Origin: Chloroflexota bacterium | GTDB lineage: Bacteria > Chloroflexota > Anaerolineae > Aggregatilineales > UBA3940 | Length of the DNA: 15,578 nt | Assembly: GCA_024643825.1 (NCBI GenBank) | Contig: JAHEME010000014.1 | Span: 1-15,578, forward strand | Direction of reading: 5' to 3' | Program-made: the position numbers and the translations under genes | Notes under the pieces: model-generated | Database searches by the model: none | The model's input: the letters and a program-made list of their open reading frames with translations, nothing else | What the model was told of the DNA's origin: nothing | In this document: piece by piece, positions 1-7,846 of the stretch | Position numbering within the stretch: the stretch's first letter is position 1 | Layout: each line of letters opens with the position of its first letter

Positions 1-38
1 CCCATAGATAGATTCCTTACTCGCTTGGTTTGCTACGC

Positions 39-60
39 AATGGTATCGTGGGAATGGTAT
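39..60. promoter_or_regulatory. Direct repeat 'AATGGTAT' x2 (39-46 and 53-60, 14-bp period) upstream of the SDR gene; possible transcription factor site
   Basis: Seen in sequence: 'caATGGTATcgtgggAATGGTATgc', about 65-85 nt upstream of the ATG at 125. The element 'AAGGA' lies 8 nt upstream of that ATG. Confidence 0.2.
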
Positions 61-124
61 GCAAACAAGATGGACTTTTCTCGTCGCAGCTCTTCCGGCT
101 ACGAACCATTGAAAGGACAATTCC

Positions 125-883
125 ATGTCAGACATGCTTCACGATAAGGTAGCCTTGATCACCGGCGCGACATCCGGCATAGGCCGCGCCACAGCGGAGC
201 TGTTTGCCGCCGAGGGTGCGAAGGTAGCCTTCACAGGCCGCCGCATACAACTGGGGCAGTCGTTGGCCGCGCAGATTGCTGGCAAGTTTATCATTGCCGA
301 TCATCGCCTCGCCGCCGATTGTGAGCGCGCCGTCGCCGAGACTGTGAGCGCGTACGGTCGCCTCGACATCGTATTCAACAACGCTGGGATTGTGATCGGC
401 GGCACAGCGGAATCCACTTCCGAAGAAGACTGGCAAGAGACCTTCCAGGTGAACGTGACCGCCGTATGGCACATCTGCAAACACGCGATCCCCATCATGC
501 GCACCCAGGGGGGTGGGGTGATCGTCAACAATGCCTCAGATTGGGGTCTGGTCGGCGGTCGCGAGGCGGTCGCCTATTCCGCCTCCAAAGGGGCCGTGAT
601 TCAGATGACGCGCTCAATGGCCCTTGACCACGCCCACGAGAACATTCGCATCAATGCGGTCTGTCCCGGCGATACCTTCGTGGATCGTTGGCTTGAAGAG
701 GGTTATTTTCGAGAATCAGAACTTGTCCCCGAAGCCGAAGCCCGCCATAGTGACGAACTCCCAATGGGGCGTGTGGGCGAGGCTGAGGAGATCGCGCGCG
801 CAGTCCTGTTCCTCGCCTCCGATCTATCCAGCTTCATGACCGGGGTTGCGCTCCCAGTGGATGGCGGCAATACCGCGCAATAG
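125..883 (+). CDS. Short-chain dehydrogenase/reductase (classical SDR, FabG-like NAD(P)-dependent oxidoreductase)
   Basis: N-terminal Rossmann motif 'TGATSGIGRATA', an 'NNAGI' motif, and the catalytic Tyr-x3-Lys 'YSASK'. At 252 aa the length is typical of classical SDRs. Confidence 0.9.
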   Translation: MSDMLHDKVALITGATSGIGRATAELFAAEGAKVAFTGRRIQLGQSLAAQIAGKFIIADHRLAADCERAVAETVSAYGRLDIVFNNAGIVIGGTAESTSEEDWQETFQVNVTAVWHICKHAIPIMRTQGGGVIVNNASDWGLVGGREAVAYSASKGAVIQMTRSMALDHAHENIRINAVCPGDTFVDRWLEEGYFRESELVPEAEARHSDELPMGRVGEAEEIARAVLFLASDLSSFMTGVALPVDGGNTAQ

Positions 884-888
884 AACAA

Positions 889-926
889 CCCCCTGTGGTG
901 GAAAGAAGCCACAGGGGGTTAGTTTT
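889..926. terminator. Bidirectional rho-independent terminator between the convergent SDR and ppdK genes
   Basis: Perfect 10-bp stem 'CCCCCTGTGG' (889-898) pairing with 'CCACAGGGGG' (909-918), a 10-nt loop, then 'TTAGTTTT' on the + strand and a T-rich 'TTGTTCT' on the - strand. It sits exactly between the two stop codons at 883 and 950. Confidence 0.6.
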
Positions 927-949
927 CACCTCAGTTCCCGCATGATTTC

Positions 950-3658
950 CTACGCAGGCACTAACTGTTCCTTTTCTTTTTGCTCTTTCACCACGGCATG
1001 CGCCGCCGCCAGCCGTGCTACGGGCACACGATACGGGGAGCAGCTCACATAGTTCAATTTCGTACGATGGCAGAACTCGATGCTGTCCGGTTCTCCACCG
1101 TGCTCGCCGCAGATTCCCACTTCCAGCGAGGGTCGCACAGCGCGCCCTTCCTCAACTGCGATCTCCATTAACCGACCCACGCCAATCTGATCGATTGCTT
1201 GGAACGGGTTTTTCGGCAGAATGCACTGCTCGACGTATGCCAGTAGGAATTTCCGTTCCGCATCATCTCGGCTGATCCCATACGTCATCTGAGTCAGGTC
1301 ATTCGTCCCAAAGCTGAAGAACTGCGCCATCTCTGCGATCTCGCCCGCCGTCAGTGCCGCGCGCGGAATCTCGATCATCGTCCCAAATTTGTAGCTGATT
1401 GTGATCCCTTTTTCCTCCATCACGTTCTGGGCTACTTCTTCCAGCAGCGGTTGAATCACCTTTAATTCATTGACATGACTTGTCAGCGGAATCATGATCT
1501 CCGGGTGTACGTCAATACCTTCCAACGCGGCATCACACGCAGCCTCAAAGATCGCCCGTACCTGCATCTTGTTCAGCGGCGGCAGCATGATCCCCAGACG
1601 GCAGCCCCGCAAACCCAGCATCGGGTTGAACTCGTGCATGTCCTGCACAATCGAGAGGAGCCTCTTCTTCTCCTGATATTCGTCCCCCGTATCGCCCTTC
1701 GCAGCGAGTGTCGCTGTCGCTTCTACCAGTGCCTCCAACGAGGGCAGGAACTCATGCAGGGGTGGGTCCAACAGCCGAATCACCACTGGCAACCTATCCA
1801 TCGCCCGGAAGATGTCATGAAAATCACTGCGCTGAAGCGTCAATAGCTGCTCGTCGAGAATTCGCTGAAACTCTGCCGGGTTGTTATCAGCCGCCGCCAG
1901 AATCGCACTCTGGAAGACAGCCGTACGCTCACCCAAAAACATATGCTCGGTGCGGCACAGCCCAATTCCTTCGGCCCCATAGTGCCGTGCTCGTGTGGCC
2001 TGCGGCCCGTCATCAGCATTCGCCCACACTTCGAGCTTCCGAATACCATCTGCCCATCGGAGAATCTTCTGTAGATCCTTCTCCTCTTCAAAATCCGGTT
2101 CAATAGTTGGCAGCGCGGCCTGAAAGACTCGGCCTTCTGTGCCATCCAGTGAAATCACGCTGCCTTCGTTCACCGTCGTCCCATTCACGGTAAACAGGCG
2201 GCGTTCCAGATCGATCTTGAGTGCTTCACAGCCAGCCACACACGGCTTCCCAAGCTGACGCGCCACCACCGCCGCATGGCTGGTTGCCCCACCATGCTGA
2301 GTCAGGATTCCCTGTGCAGCCAGCATCCCATGCACATCGTCCGGCGTGGTCTCCGGTCGGACGAGAATTACCGCTTTCCCGTCTTCCTTGCCCATGCGAT
2401 GAGCAAGGTCAGCATCAAAGACCACTGCACCGACCGCAGCCCCCGGCGAAGCATTCAATCCCTTTGCCAGAAGGCGACCACTCTTTTCAAGTTCCTGGAG
2501 CGCGCGCGGGTCAAAGCGGGGGTGCAGCAGTTGATCAATCTGCTCCGGCAAGATGCGCGATACCGCTTCCGCCTTTTCAATCAGCCCTTCATCCACCATG
2601 TCCACGGCGATCTTGACAGCAGCGGCAGCGGTGCGTTTACCCGTCCGCGTCTGGAGCATCCACAGCTTGCCGTTTTCAATGGTGAATTCCATATCCTGCA
2701 TGTCACGATAGTGCGTTTCCAGCGTCGTGGCGATGCGTATCAGCGACGCCAGAATCTCTGGCATTTCTTCTCCAAGTTCGCTGACCGGAATCGGCGTCCG
2801 CGCACCGGAGACAACATCCTCACCCTGCGCATTCCCCAGATATTCCCCGTACAGCATCTTCTCGCCACTGGCCGGGTTGCGCGTGAAGGCCACACCCGAC
2901 CCCGAATCCCAGCCTGTGTTGCCAAACACCATCGCCTGAATATTTACTGCCGTGCCTAGATCGTGCGAGATGCCGCACGCATTCCGATAATCCACAGCTC
3001 GCTTTCCATTCCACGACTGAAAAACAGCGTGGACGGCCAGTTCAAGCTGCTCCCACGGGTCTTGGGGAAATTCGCGTCCCGATTGCTCGCGGACGATCTG
3101 CTTGAAGGATCGCGTAACGCGCTGCCACCCTTCCGCAGATAACTCTGGGTCGGTGTCCACACCCTCCCCAGAGCGTTCAGCAGCGATCACCGCTTCCAGC
3201 AAACCCGGATCAACCCGAAGAACGACCTTGGCAAACATCTGCACCAGCCGCCGATATGCATCCCAGGCAAACCGAGAATCACCCGTTTTCTCCGCCAGTC
3301 GCAGGACGGCCTGATCATTCAATCCCAGGTTAAGTACCGTGTCCATCATGCCCGGCATCGAGAACTTGGACCCGGAGCGAACCGATACCAGCAGTGGATT
3401 CCGATCACTTCCAAAGGCGCGTTCCATGCGGTCGCCCAGGCTCTCCATAGCCCAAGTCACTTGCAACCATAAGTCCGTAGGAAATTCATGCTCGTTTTCA
3501 AGCGTGTGGAGGCACGCCTGCGTTGTGATCGTAAATCCAGGGGGAACAGGCAATCCGATCCGGGTCATTTCTGCAATCCCGGCCCCTTTTCCACCCAACA
3601 ACTCCTTCATTTCGGCGCAGCCTTCTTCAAAGGCATACACCCATTTTGTGCTGGTCAT
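950..3658 (-). CDS. ppdK: Pyruvate, phosphate dikinase (PPDK)
   Basis: 902 aa. Characteristic N-terminus 'KWVYAFEEG...GGKGAGIAEMTRIGLPVPPGFTITTQAC' (ATP-grasp/PEP-utilizer N-domain). Central phosphohistidine domain 'GGATSHAAVVARQLGKPCVAG'. C-terminal PEP-utilizing TIM-barrel signature 'GICGEHGGEPDSIEF'. The SD 'GGGAGGA' lies 7 nt upstream of the ATG on the - strand. Confidence 0.95.
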   Translation of the reverse strand: MTSTKWVYAFEEGCAEMKELLGGKGAGIAEMTRIGLPVPPGFTITTQACLHTLENEHEFPTDLWLQVTWAMESLGDRMERAFGSDRNPLLVSVRSGSKFSMPGMMDTVLNLGLNDQAVLRLAEKTGDSRFAWDAYRRLVQMFAKVVLRVDPGLLEAVIAAERSGEGVDTDPELSAEGWQRVTRSFKQIVREQSGREFPQDPWEQLELAVHAVFQSWNGKRAVDYRNACGISHDLGTAVNIQAMVFGNTGWDSGSGVAFTRNPASGEKMLYGEYLGNAQGEDVVSGARTPIPVSELGEEMPEILASLIRIATTLETHYRDMQDMEFTIENGKLWMLQTRTGKRTAAAAVKIAVDMVDEGLIEKAEAVSRILPEQIDQLLHPRFDPRALQELEKSGRLLAKGLNASPGAAVGAVVFDADLAHRMGKEDGKAVILVRPETTPDDVHGMLAAQGILTQHGGATSHAAVVARQLGKPCVAGCEALKIDLERRLFTVNGTTVNEGSVISLDGTEGRVFQAALPTIEPDFEEEKDLQKILRWADGIRKLEVWANADDGPQATRARHYGAEGIGLCRTEHMFLGERTAVFQSAILAAADNNPAEFQRILDEQLLTLQRSDFHDIFRAMDRLPVVIRLLDPPLHEFLPSLEALVEATATLAAKGDTGDEYQEKKRLLSIVQDMHEFNPMLGLRGCRLGIMLPPLNKMQVRAIFEAACDAALEGIDVHPEIMIPLTSHVNELKVIQPLLEEVAQNVMEEKGITISYKFGTMIEIPRAALTAGEIAEMAQFFSFGTNDLTQMTYGISRDDAERKFLLAYVEQCILPKNPFQAIDQIGVGRLMEIAVEEGRAVRPSLEVGICGEHGGEPDSIEFCHRTKLNYVSCSPYRVPVARLAAAHAVVKEQKEKEQLVPA

Positions 3659-3746
3659 AAGTTAGTCCTCCCGTTGCCCTGTGTGCCGCGAGAGTACATT
3701 GGTTGGGCAGGATACGAATCAGAAAAGTGGATAGATCCTTGCGGTT

Positions 3747-3789
3747 CAAATCAGAATCGCACGACCATTAGATGGATTATTCTGATTGT
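3747..3789. promoter_or_regulatory. 9-bp perfect inverted repeat 'AATCAGAAT'/'ATTCTGATT' (3749-3757 and 3779-3787) with a 21-nt spacer, about 90-130 nt upstream of the ppdK start; candidate operator or UTR structure
   Basis: Seen in sequence. The two arms are exact reverse complements. It lies in the 193-nt gap between the GT28 stop (3852) and the ppdK start (3658). Confidence 0.3.
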
Positions 3790-3851
3790 ATAGTGAGGTT
3801 GTGTTTCCGGGGGGAAGGTTAAGACGAATCGTGACGTTCCTCTAGCAGAAC

Positions 3852-4991
3852 CTATGACGATTGAATCTGCCTGATAATAAATTCAGCTACATCCAGCGCA
3901 GAGTGCGGTTTACCAACACGCTTTGCAGCCAGTCGGCGCTTCTCCAACTCACTGCCATCTCCTGCCAGCCAGGAATACGCGGTCGTCAAAACACCAATTG
4001 GCCCCGGCGACCATACCCCTGCACCACTTTCGACAACATAGCGCACATTCCCAACCTCTTGCCCCGGTAGCGCTTCATAAAGTACCAGCGGCAGACCGCT
4101 TGCCAGCGATTCAGTGATGATTAGCCCACCCGCCTTACATACGATGAAGTCCGCAGCCCGCATCATCTCTGCCATATTCGTGATCAACCCATACGGGTGC
4201 ACGATTCCCTTCCACTCAGTAGAGTTCAACTGTGCTTCAGTCTGCTGATCACCCCCACTGAGTGCAACCACCTGAAGCTCTAGCCCGGATCGATCCAGTA
4301 AGCGGGCGATCTGAGCAGTCTGGCCGCTGCGAGCAGACCCCACGATCAGAGCCGTAGTCAGGGTAGGGTGCCATCCAAGTTCTTCACGAATCGCCACTTT
4401 CTCACGCTGATCTTCGGCAATGCGAGGATGAACCGGCAGCCCCGTGAGCTGCATCTTTTCTTTCGTGAGTCCGTTCTCAATCCCTTGCTGGTATACCTGT
4501 TCCGTGGGCACGAAGGTGAGTGCTGCCTTTTCATGAAACCACAACGTGTGTACGCCAATGAGATCAGTAACAATAACGTCTACAGGAATCCGTTTGCCCA
4601 GTTTCTTAGCGGTTTTGATCGCTGCTTGCGTGTAAGCCGGATAGGTCGTAAGGAATATCTCAGGATCATGACGCTCGATCAAGCTCTGCATCGTGCGGTT
4701 CAGGGCTGTAGTTGCCACGTCCTGCACAAGCTGCGCTACGACTGGGGCATCCGTCGCGGCATAGGCCAATTGATAGAACGCTGGATCATCCGTCACCATC
4801 TCGTCATACCCTGACTCAAGCTGCTTCAGTAGGTCAGGCAGATACGGATCCTGAAAGGGATTGAAGATCGCAATCTCGTCACGGCTGTCTAGCAGAGGGA
4901 TCAAGGCGGCTTCGACGGCCTCAGCAGCGCGGCGATGACCAAACCCCGCGTCAGCCGTCAGAATGATGATACGCTTTGGTTCTTTCGCCAT
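3852..4991 (-). CDS. GT28-family glycosyltransferase, monoglycosyl-diacylglycerol (MGDG) synthase/UgtP-like
   Basis: 379 aa. N-terminus 'RIIILTADAGFGHRRAAEAV' resembles the MGDG-synthase N-terminal domain (I-L-x-S/A-D-x-G-G-H-R). C-terminal GT-B motif '...FIVCKAGGLIITESLASGLPLVL...PGQEVGN'. The overall MurG/MGDG-synthase architecture is present. Confidence 0.75.
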   Translation of the reverse strand: MAKEPKRIIILTADAGFGHRRAAEAVEAALIPLLDSRDEIAIFNPFQDPYLPDLLKQLESGYDEMVTDDPAFYQLAYAATDAPVVAQLVQDVATTALNRTMQSLIERHDPEIFLTTYPAYTQAAIKTAKKLGKRIPVDVIVTDLIGVHTLWFHEKAALTFVPTEQVYQQGIENGLTKEKMQLTGLPVHPRIAEDQREKVAIREELGWHPTLTTALIVGSARSGQTAQIARLLDRSGLELQVVALSGGDQQTEAQLNSTEWKGIVHPYGLITNMAEMMRAADFIVCKAGGLIITESLASGLPLVLYEALPGQEVGNVRYVVESGAGVWSPGPIGVLTTAYSWLAGDGSELEKRRLAAKRVGKPHSALDVAEFIIRQIQSS

Positions 4992-5175
4992 AGGGAGTAA
5001 TCAGTCCGTGGATAGAGCCTGTAATCAATTGTACGCGAATCGCAGCCATTTGATGCAACTCAATCGGGAGATCACCGCGAAATCTGTCTATCGTAGGTAG
5101 GGAAAGTCCCAGTTGCATATAGAAGTAGCCTTGCTACACTTACATACATATTCGCTGTGAATTGGCATATCGTAG

Positions 5176-6519
5176 ATGACATTGATAAACAAACTCAACT
5201 TTCCCGATTCCTTCCAGTGGGGGACGGCGACCTCCTCCCACCAGGTAGAAGGAAATCTAACCAACAACGATTGGTATGCCGCCGAGCAGCAGGGCGGTTA
5301 TATTTATGAAAATCAGCGTTCCGGGCAGGCATGCGATTGGTGGAACCGCGCCGAAGAAGACTTCGACCGCATGGCCGCCATGCACCAGAATGCCCACCGC
5401 CTCTCCATCGAATGGAGCCGCATCGAACCCCGTCAGGGCGTGTGGGATGAGTCGGCTCTTGCTCGCTATCGGGAAATGCTGGTGGGCCTCCGTCAGCGCG
5501 GCATCACCCCGATGGTCACTCTCCATCACTTCACCAACCCCCTCTGGGTCTCTGAAGCAGGCTCGTGGGAAAATGAGCAAATCATCACCTGGTTTGAACG
5601 CTACACGCGCAAGGTAGTCGCGGCGCTCGGCGATCTGGCCGATATTTGGTGTACCATCAATGAACCGGGCGTGGTCGTTTCCCATACCTATCTTCTTGGG
5701 CGCTGGGCTCCCGGCAAGCGCGACATCAACGGCGCGTTGCACGCAACGATCAACATGATGCGCGCACACGCAGCCTCCTACCGCGCCATTCACGATCTCC
5801 AACCAACCGCGCAAGTGGGTCTCGCCCACCATATGATCATCTGGAAACCCTGGCGACCCTATGCCATCACCGATTTACTGGCGACCAATATGGTTCGCTA
5901 TATGTTTCAGGAGCTTCTGCTGAAAACCATTGCTTGGGGCGTGATGCGTGTTCCCGGGAGACGCTCATACCTCATGCCAGAGGTTAGAAACACCCTGGAT
6001 TGGATTGGCCTGAATTACTATCAGCGCTATCGTATCCGCCTCGGTCTCCCACCATTCAGCAAACCCTCTGTAGAGCACCGCACACACCCCGATTTGCAAA
6101 CCGGCCCAGGCGAATGGGGCGAGATCCACCCACGTGGCATGTTCGATACCCTGCGCATGCTATGGAAGGTCTACCGCATCCCCCTCTACATCACCGAGAA
6201 CGGTATTCCCGACGAGAACGACGAGAACCGCCCCGGTTTCATCATCTCCCACCTTCACCAGCTATGGGAGGCAATCCGGGAGGGTGTCCCGGTGAAGGGC
6301 TATTATTTCTGGAGTCTCATCGATAACTTCGAGTGGACCGAAGGCTACGATCCGCGCTTCCGTTTTGGCCTGATCGGGGTCAACTTCGAGACGCAGGAAC
6401 GCCACATCCGACCCAGCGGCAATCTCTACTCTGCCATCTGCCGTGATGGGGGTCTCAGCCGCGATCTCGTCTCTCAGTACGCCCCACACTTGGCGCAGAC
6501 TGTCTTCAGTGGAGCCTAA
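5176..6519 (+). CDS. Glycoside hydrolase family 1 beta-glucosidase/beta-galactosidase
   Basis: 447 aa. N-terminal 'FPDSFQWGTATSSHQVEG'. The acid/base catalyst motif 'TINEP' and nucleophile motif 'YITENG' are both present, and there is a C-terminal 'FEWTEGY' motif. This is a typical GH1 (beta/alpha)8 enzyme. Confidence 0.92.
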   Translation: MTLINKLNFPDSFQWGTATSSHQVEGNLTNNDWYAAEQQGGYIYENQRSGQACDWWNRAEEDFDRMAAMHQNAHRLSIEWSRIEPRQGVWDESALARYREMLVGLRQRGITPMVTLHHFTNPLWVSEAGSWENEQIITWFERYTRKVVAALGDLADIWCTINEPGVVVSHTYLLGRWAPGKRDINGALHATINMMRAHAASYRAIHDLQPTAQVGLAHHMIIWKPWRPYAITDLLATNMVRYMFQELLLKTIAWGVMRVPGRRSYLMPEVRNTLDWIGLNYYQRYRIRLGLPPFSKPSVEHRTHPDLQTGPGEWGEIHPRGMFDTLRMLWKVYRIPLYITENGIPDENDENRPGFIISHLHQLWEAIREGVPVKGYYFWSLIDNFEWTEGYDPRFRFGLIGVNFETQERHIRPSGNLYSAICRDGGLSRDLVSQYAPHLAQTVFSGA

Positions 6520-7205
6520 ACGATCAGCCGGGTCACGATCAGGGCCACGAACACCATAATGTACAGGTGAATCAGAAACGGGTAGACGAACGATCTCGTC
6601 CGCCACGCCACCCAGCCGAACGCCGCGCCGCCAAAGATCGTGCTCAGAGTTTCTAGCGGTGGCTTGGTGAGATGTGCCAGCGCAAACGGCACAGCCTGGA
6701 TAAGTACCGCAATCGGCCCCATCACCGGATACAGGGCCGCCAGGTAGAATCCCCGAAATACAAATTCCCACCCCACCAGATCAAGCGCCGTCGTTGCTAC
6801 CAGTTCCCCCATCGGCTGATGGCGGTTCGCATAATATTCCGCCATCCCAGGCGCATGTGCCGCCGCAAACAGGATCGGCGTTGCCACCACGCACGCCCCC
6901 AGTGTGATCAGCAGCCCGCGCCGCCAATCCCCCAGCGCAAACCCATAAGCGGAGGGTCGTTCCCGGAAGATCACCACGATCACCAGCAGCGGAATCACAA
7001 GGTACAGAAAGATCCGATCCAGCGCCTTGTTGCGGAGGAAATTCCCCATACTCTCATATGGCAGGAAGCGGTTGAACCCGTCGTAGTAATAATCCACCAT
7101 GATCAGCAGCGTGACCAGTACAGTCGCCATCGTCGCTTTTCGCGGCAGTGGCAGCCCGAACAACCGAAACGTGCGATCCTTTCCCCGGTCTTCTCTCAGA
7201 TCCAC
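6516..7205 (-). CDS. CPBP-family (CAAX protease/Abi) intramembrane metalloprotease
   Basis: 229 aa, multi-pass hydrophobic protein. Motif 1 'GWEFVFRGF' (EExxxR-like) and motif 2 'VPFALAHL' (FxxxH) are present. The annotated start at 7205 is GTG and overlaps the cupin 3' end by 10 nt. An in-frame ATG at 7130 ('MATVLVTLL', giving 204 aa) is an equally plausible start. Its TAG stop (6516-6518) overlaps the GH1 TAA stop (6517-6519) on the opposite strand. Confidence 0.7.
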   Translation of the reverse strand: MDLREDRGKDRTFRLFGLPLPRKATMATVLVTLLIMVDYYYDGFNRFLPYESMGNFLRNKALDRIFLYLVIPLLVIVVIFRERPSAYGFALGDWRRGLLITLGACVVATPILFAAAHAPGMAEYYANRHQPMGELVATTALDLVGWEFVFRGFYLAALYPVMGPIAVLIQAVPFALAHLTKPPLETLSTIFGGAAFGWVAWRTRSFVYPFLIHLYIMVFVALIVTRLIV

Positions 7206-7552
7206 TGCGCCTGTGCCGTTCGCTCACCCTGAACATCCCCCGTATTGACCGTCGTCTTCGGTTCCAGCAGCAGAATCCATACTTCCTCCTCTGCGACGGG
7301 CATGTGCTCCACCCCGCGCGGAATGATCACCATCTCCCCCTCGTCCAGCCACCGATCCCGATCCCGGAAGCGAATCAGCAGCCTCCCTTTGATCACCAGG
7401 AAGAGTTCATCCTCGTGTTCATGCTGGTGCCATACGAATTCACCCTCTACCTTGACAAGCTTCACATACGAATCATTCAGTTCCCCGATGATCCGTGGTT
7501 TCCAGTGATCGTCAAACAGGCTGAATTTCTGTGCAAGATTGATCACATCCAT
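7196..7552 (-). CDS. Cupin-2 conserved-barrel domain protein (small single-domain cupin)
   Basis: 118 aa with a canonical cupin motif region, 'GEFVWHQHEHEDELFLVIKGRLLI...EGEMVIIPRGVEHMP' (G(X)5HXH(X)3-4E(X)6G ... PxGxxHxxxN-like). The SD 'AGGGAGAAG' lies 9 nt upstream of the ATG. Confidence 0.85.
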   Translation of the reverse strand: MDVINLAQKFSLFDDHWKPRIIGELNDSYVKLVKVEGEFVWHQHEHEDELFLVIKGRLLIRFRDRDRWLDEGEMVIIPRGVEHMPVAEEEVWILLLEPKTTVNTGDVQGERTAQAQWI

Positions 7553-7584
7553 TGGCGTTCACTTCTCCCTGTTTCAGTTCAATA

Positions 7585-7600
7585 CCCACCCCCATTATAG
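7585..7600 (-). promoter_or_regulatory. Putative sigma70-type -10 element (perfect TATAAT on the - strand, 7594-7599) for the cupin gene
   Basis: On the - strand this reads '...GGATTACCTATAATGGGGG', about 41 nt upstream of the cupin ATG (7552). The -35 region is weak ('TTCTTA' at 17-nt spacing) and overlaps the upstream terminator stem. Confidence 0.35.
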
Positions 7601-7612
7601 GTAATCCACACC

Positions 7613-7643
7613 GCCATAAGAAAAGCCCCTGAATCCGGGGCTT
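7613..7643 (-). terminator. Rho-independent terminator of the TPR-CHAT transcription unit
   Basis: On the - strand: stem 'AAGCCCC' / loop 'GGATTCA' / stem 'GGGGCTT', followed by 'TTCTTATGG'. It lies about 200 nt downstream of the CHAT stop (7847) and immediately upstream of the cupin promoter. Confidence 0.6.
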
Positions 7644-7650
7644 GAATCAT

Positions 7651-7677
7651 GTCCGTTTTTCGTCCGTTTTTTGTCCG
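7651..7677. repeat. Tandem 11-bp repeat 'GTCCGTTTTT(C/T)' x2.5; phased A/T-tracts at helical periodicity, so probably intrinsically curved DNA
   Basis: Seen in sequence: 'GTCCG-T5-c-GTCCG-T6-GTCCG'. The - strand reads CGGAC-A6-CGGAC-GA5-CGGAC. Period is 11 bp. Confidence 0.5.
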
Positions 7678-7769
7678 AAACCCTATCCGAGCGCACACGA
7701 CCCTCCTTGATACTGGAACTACTACGCGGAACCCCCGCGAAGTCATTCTAACGAAAGGAGCCTTCGATC

Positions 7770-7820
7770 ATGGAGAACTATCTCGGCGGTACTGGCGCTG
7801 GTGGTGACGGCCCTATCTAA
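7770..7820 (+). other. Tiny Gly-rich ORF (16 aa, 'MENYLGGTGAGGDGPI') with a strong SD 'AAAGGAG', antisense to the CHAT 3' UTR; possible small protein or leader, or a chance ORF
   Basis: ATG at 7770 and TAA at 7818-7820. 'AAAGGAG' sits at 7754-7760, 9 nt upstream. This is the strongest SD in the window, in a genome where most genes have weak SDs. There is no other support. Confidence 0.2.
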
Positions 7821-7846
7821 GGTCACACAACCAGGTGAGGAGCGTC

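Noticed and set aside
2276-2959. 227-aa + strand ORF, plus several ORFs of 60-130 aa, inside ppdK
   Set aside because: Antisense to a high-confidence 902-aa PPDK gene. Biased composition; no motifs.
5053-5120. 8-bp inverted repeat 'ATGCAACT'...'AGTTGCAT' in the divergent GT28/GH1 promoter region
   Set aside because: The arms are short and 52 nt apart, which is within chance expectation for a 180-nt AT-richer spacer. Noted only as a weak candidate.
6262-6771. 169-aa - strand ORF spanning the GH1 3' end and the CPBP 3' end
   Set aside because: It is out of frame with two well-supported genes whose stop codons already overlap. Its Gly/Pro/Ala-rich composition is typical of GC third-position bias.
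7148-7600. 150-aa + strand ORF antisense to the cupin gene
   Set aside because: The cupin on the opposite strand has canonical motifs and an SD. The antisense ORF has neither.
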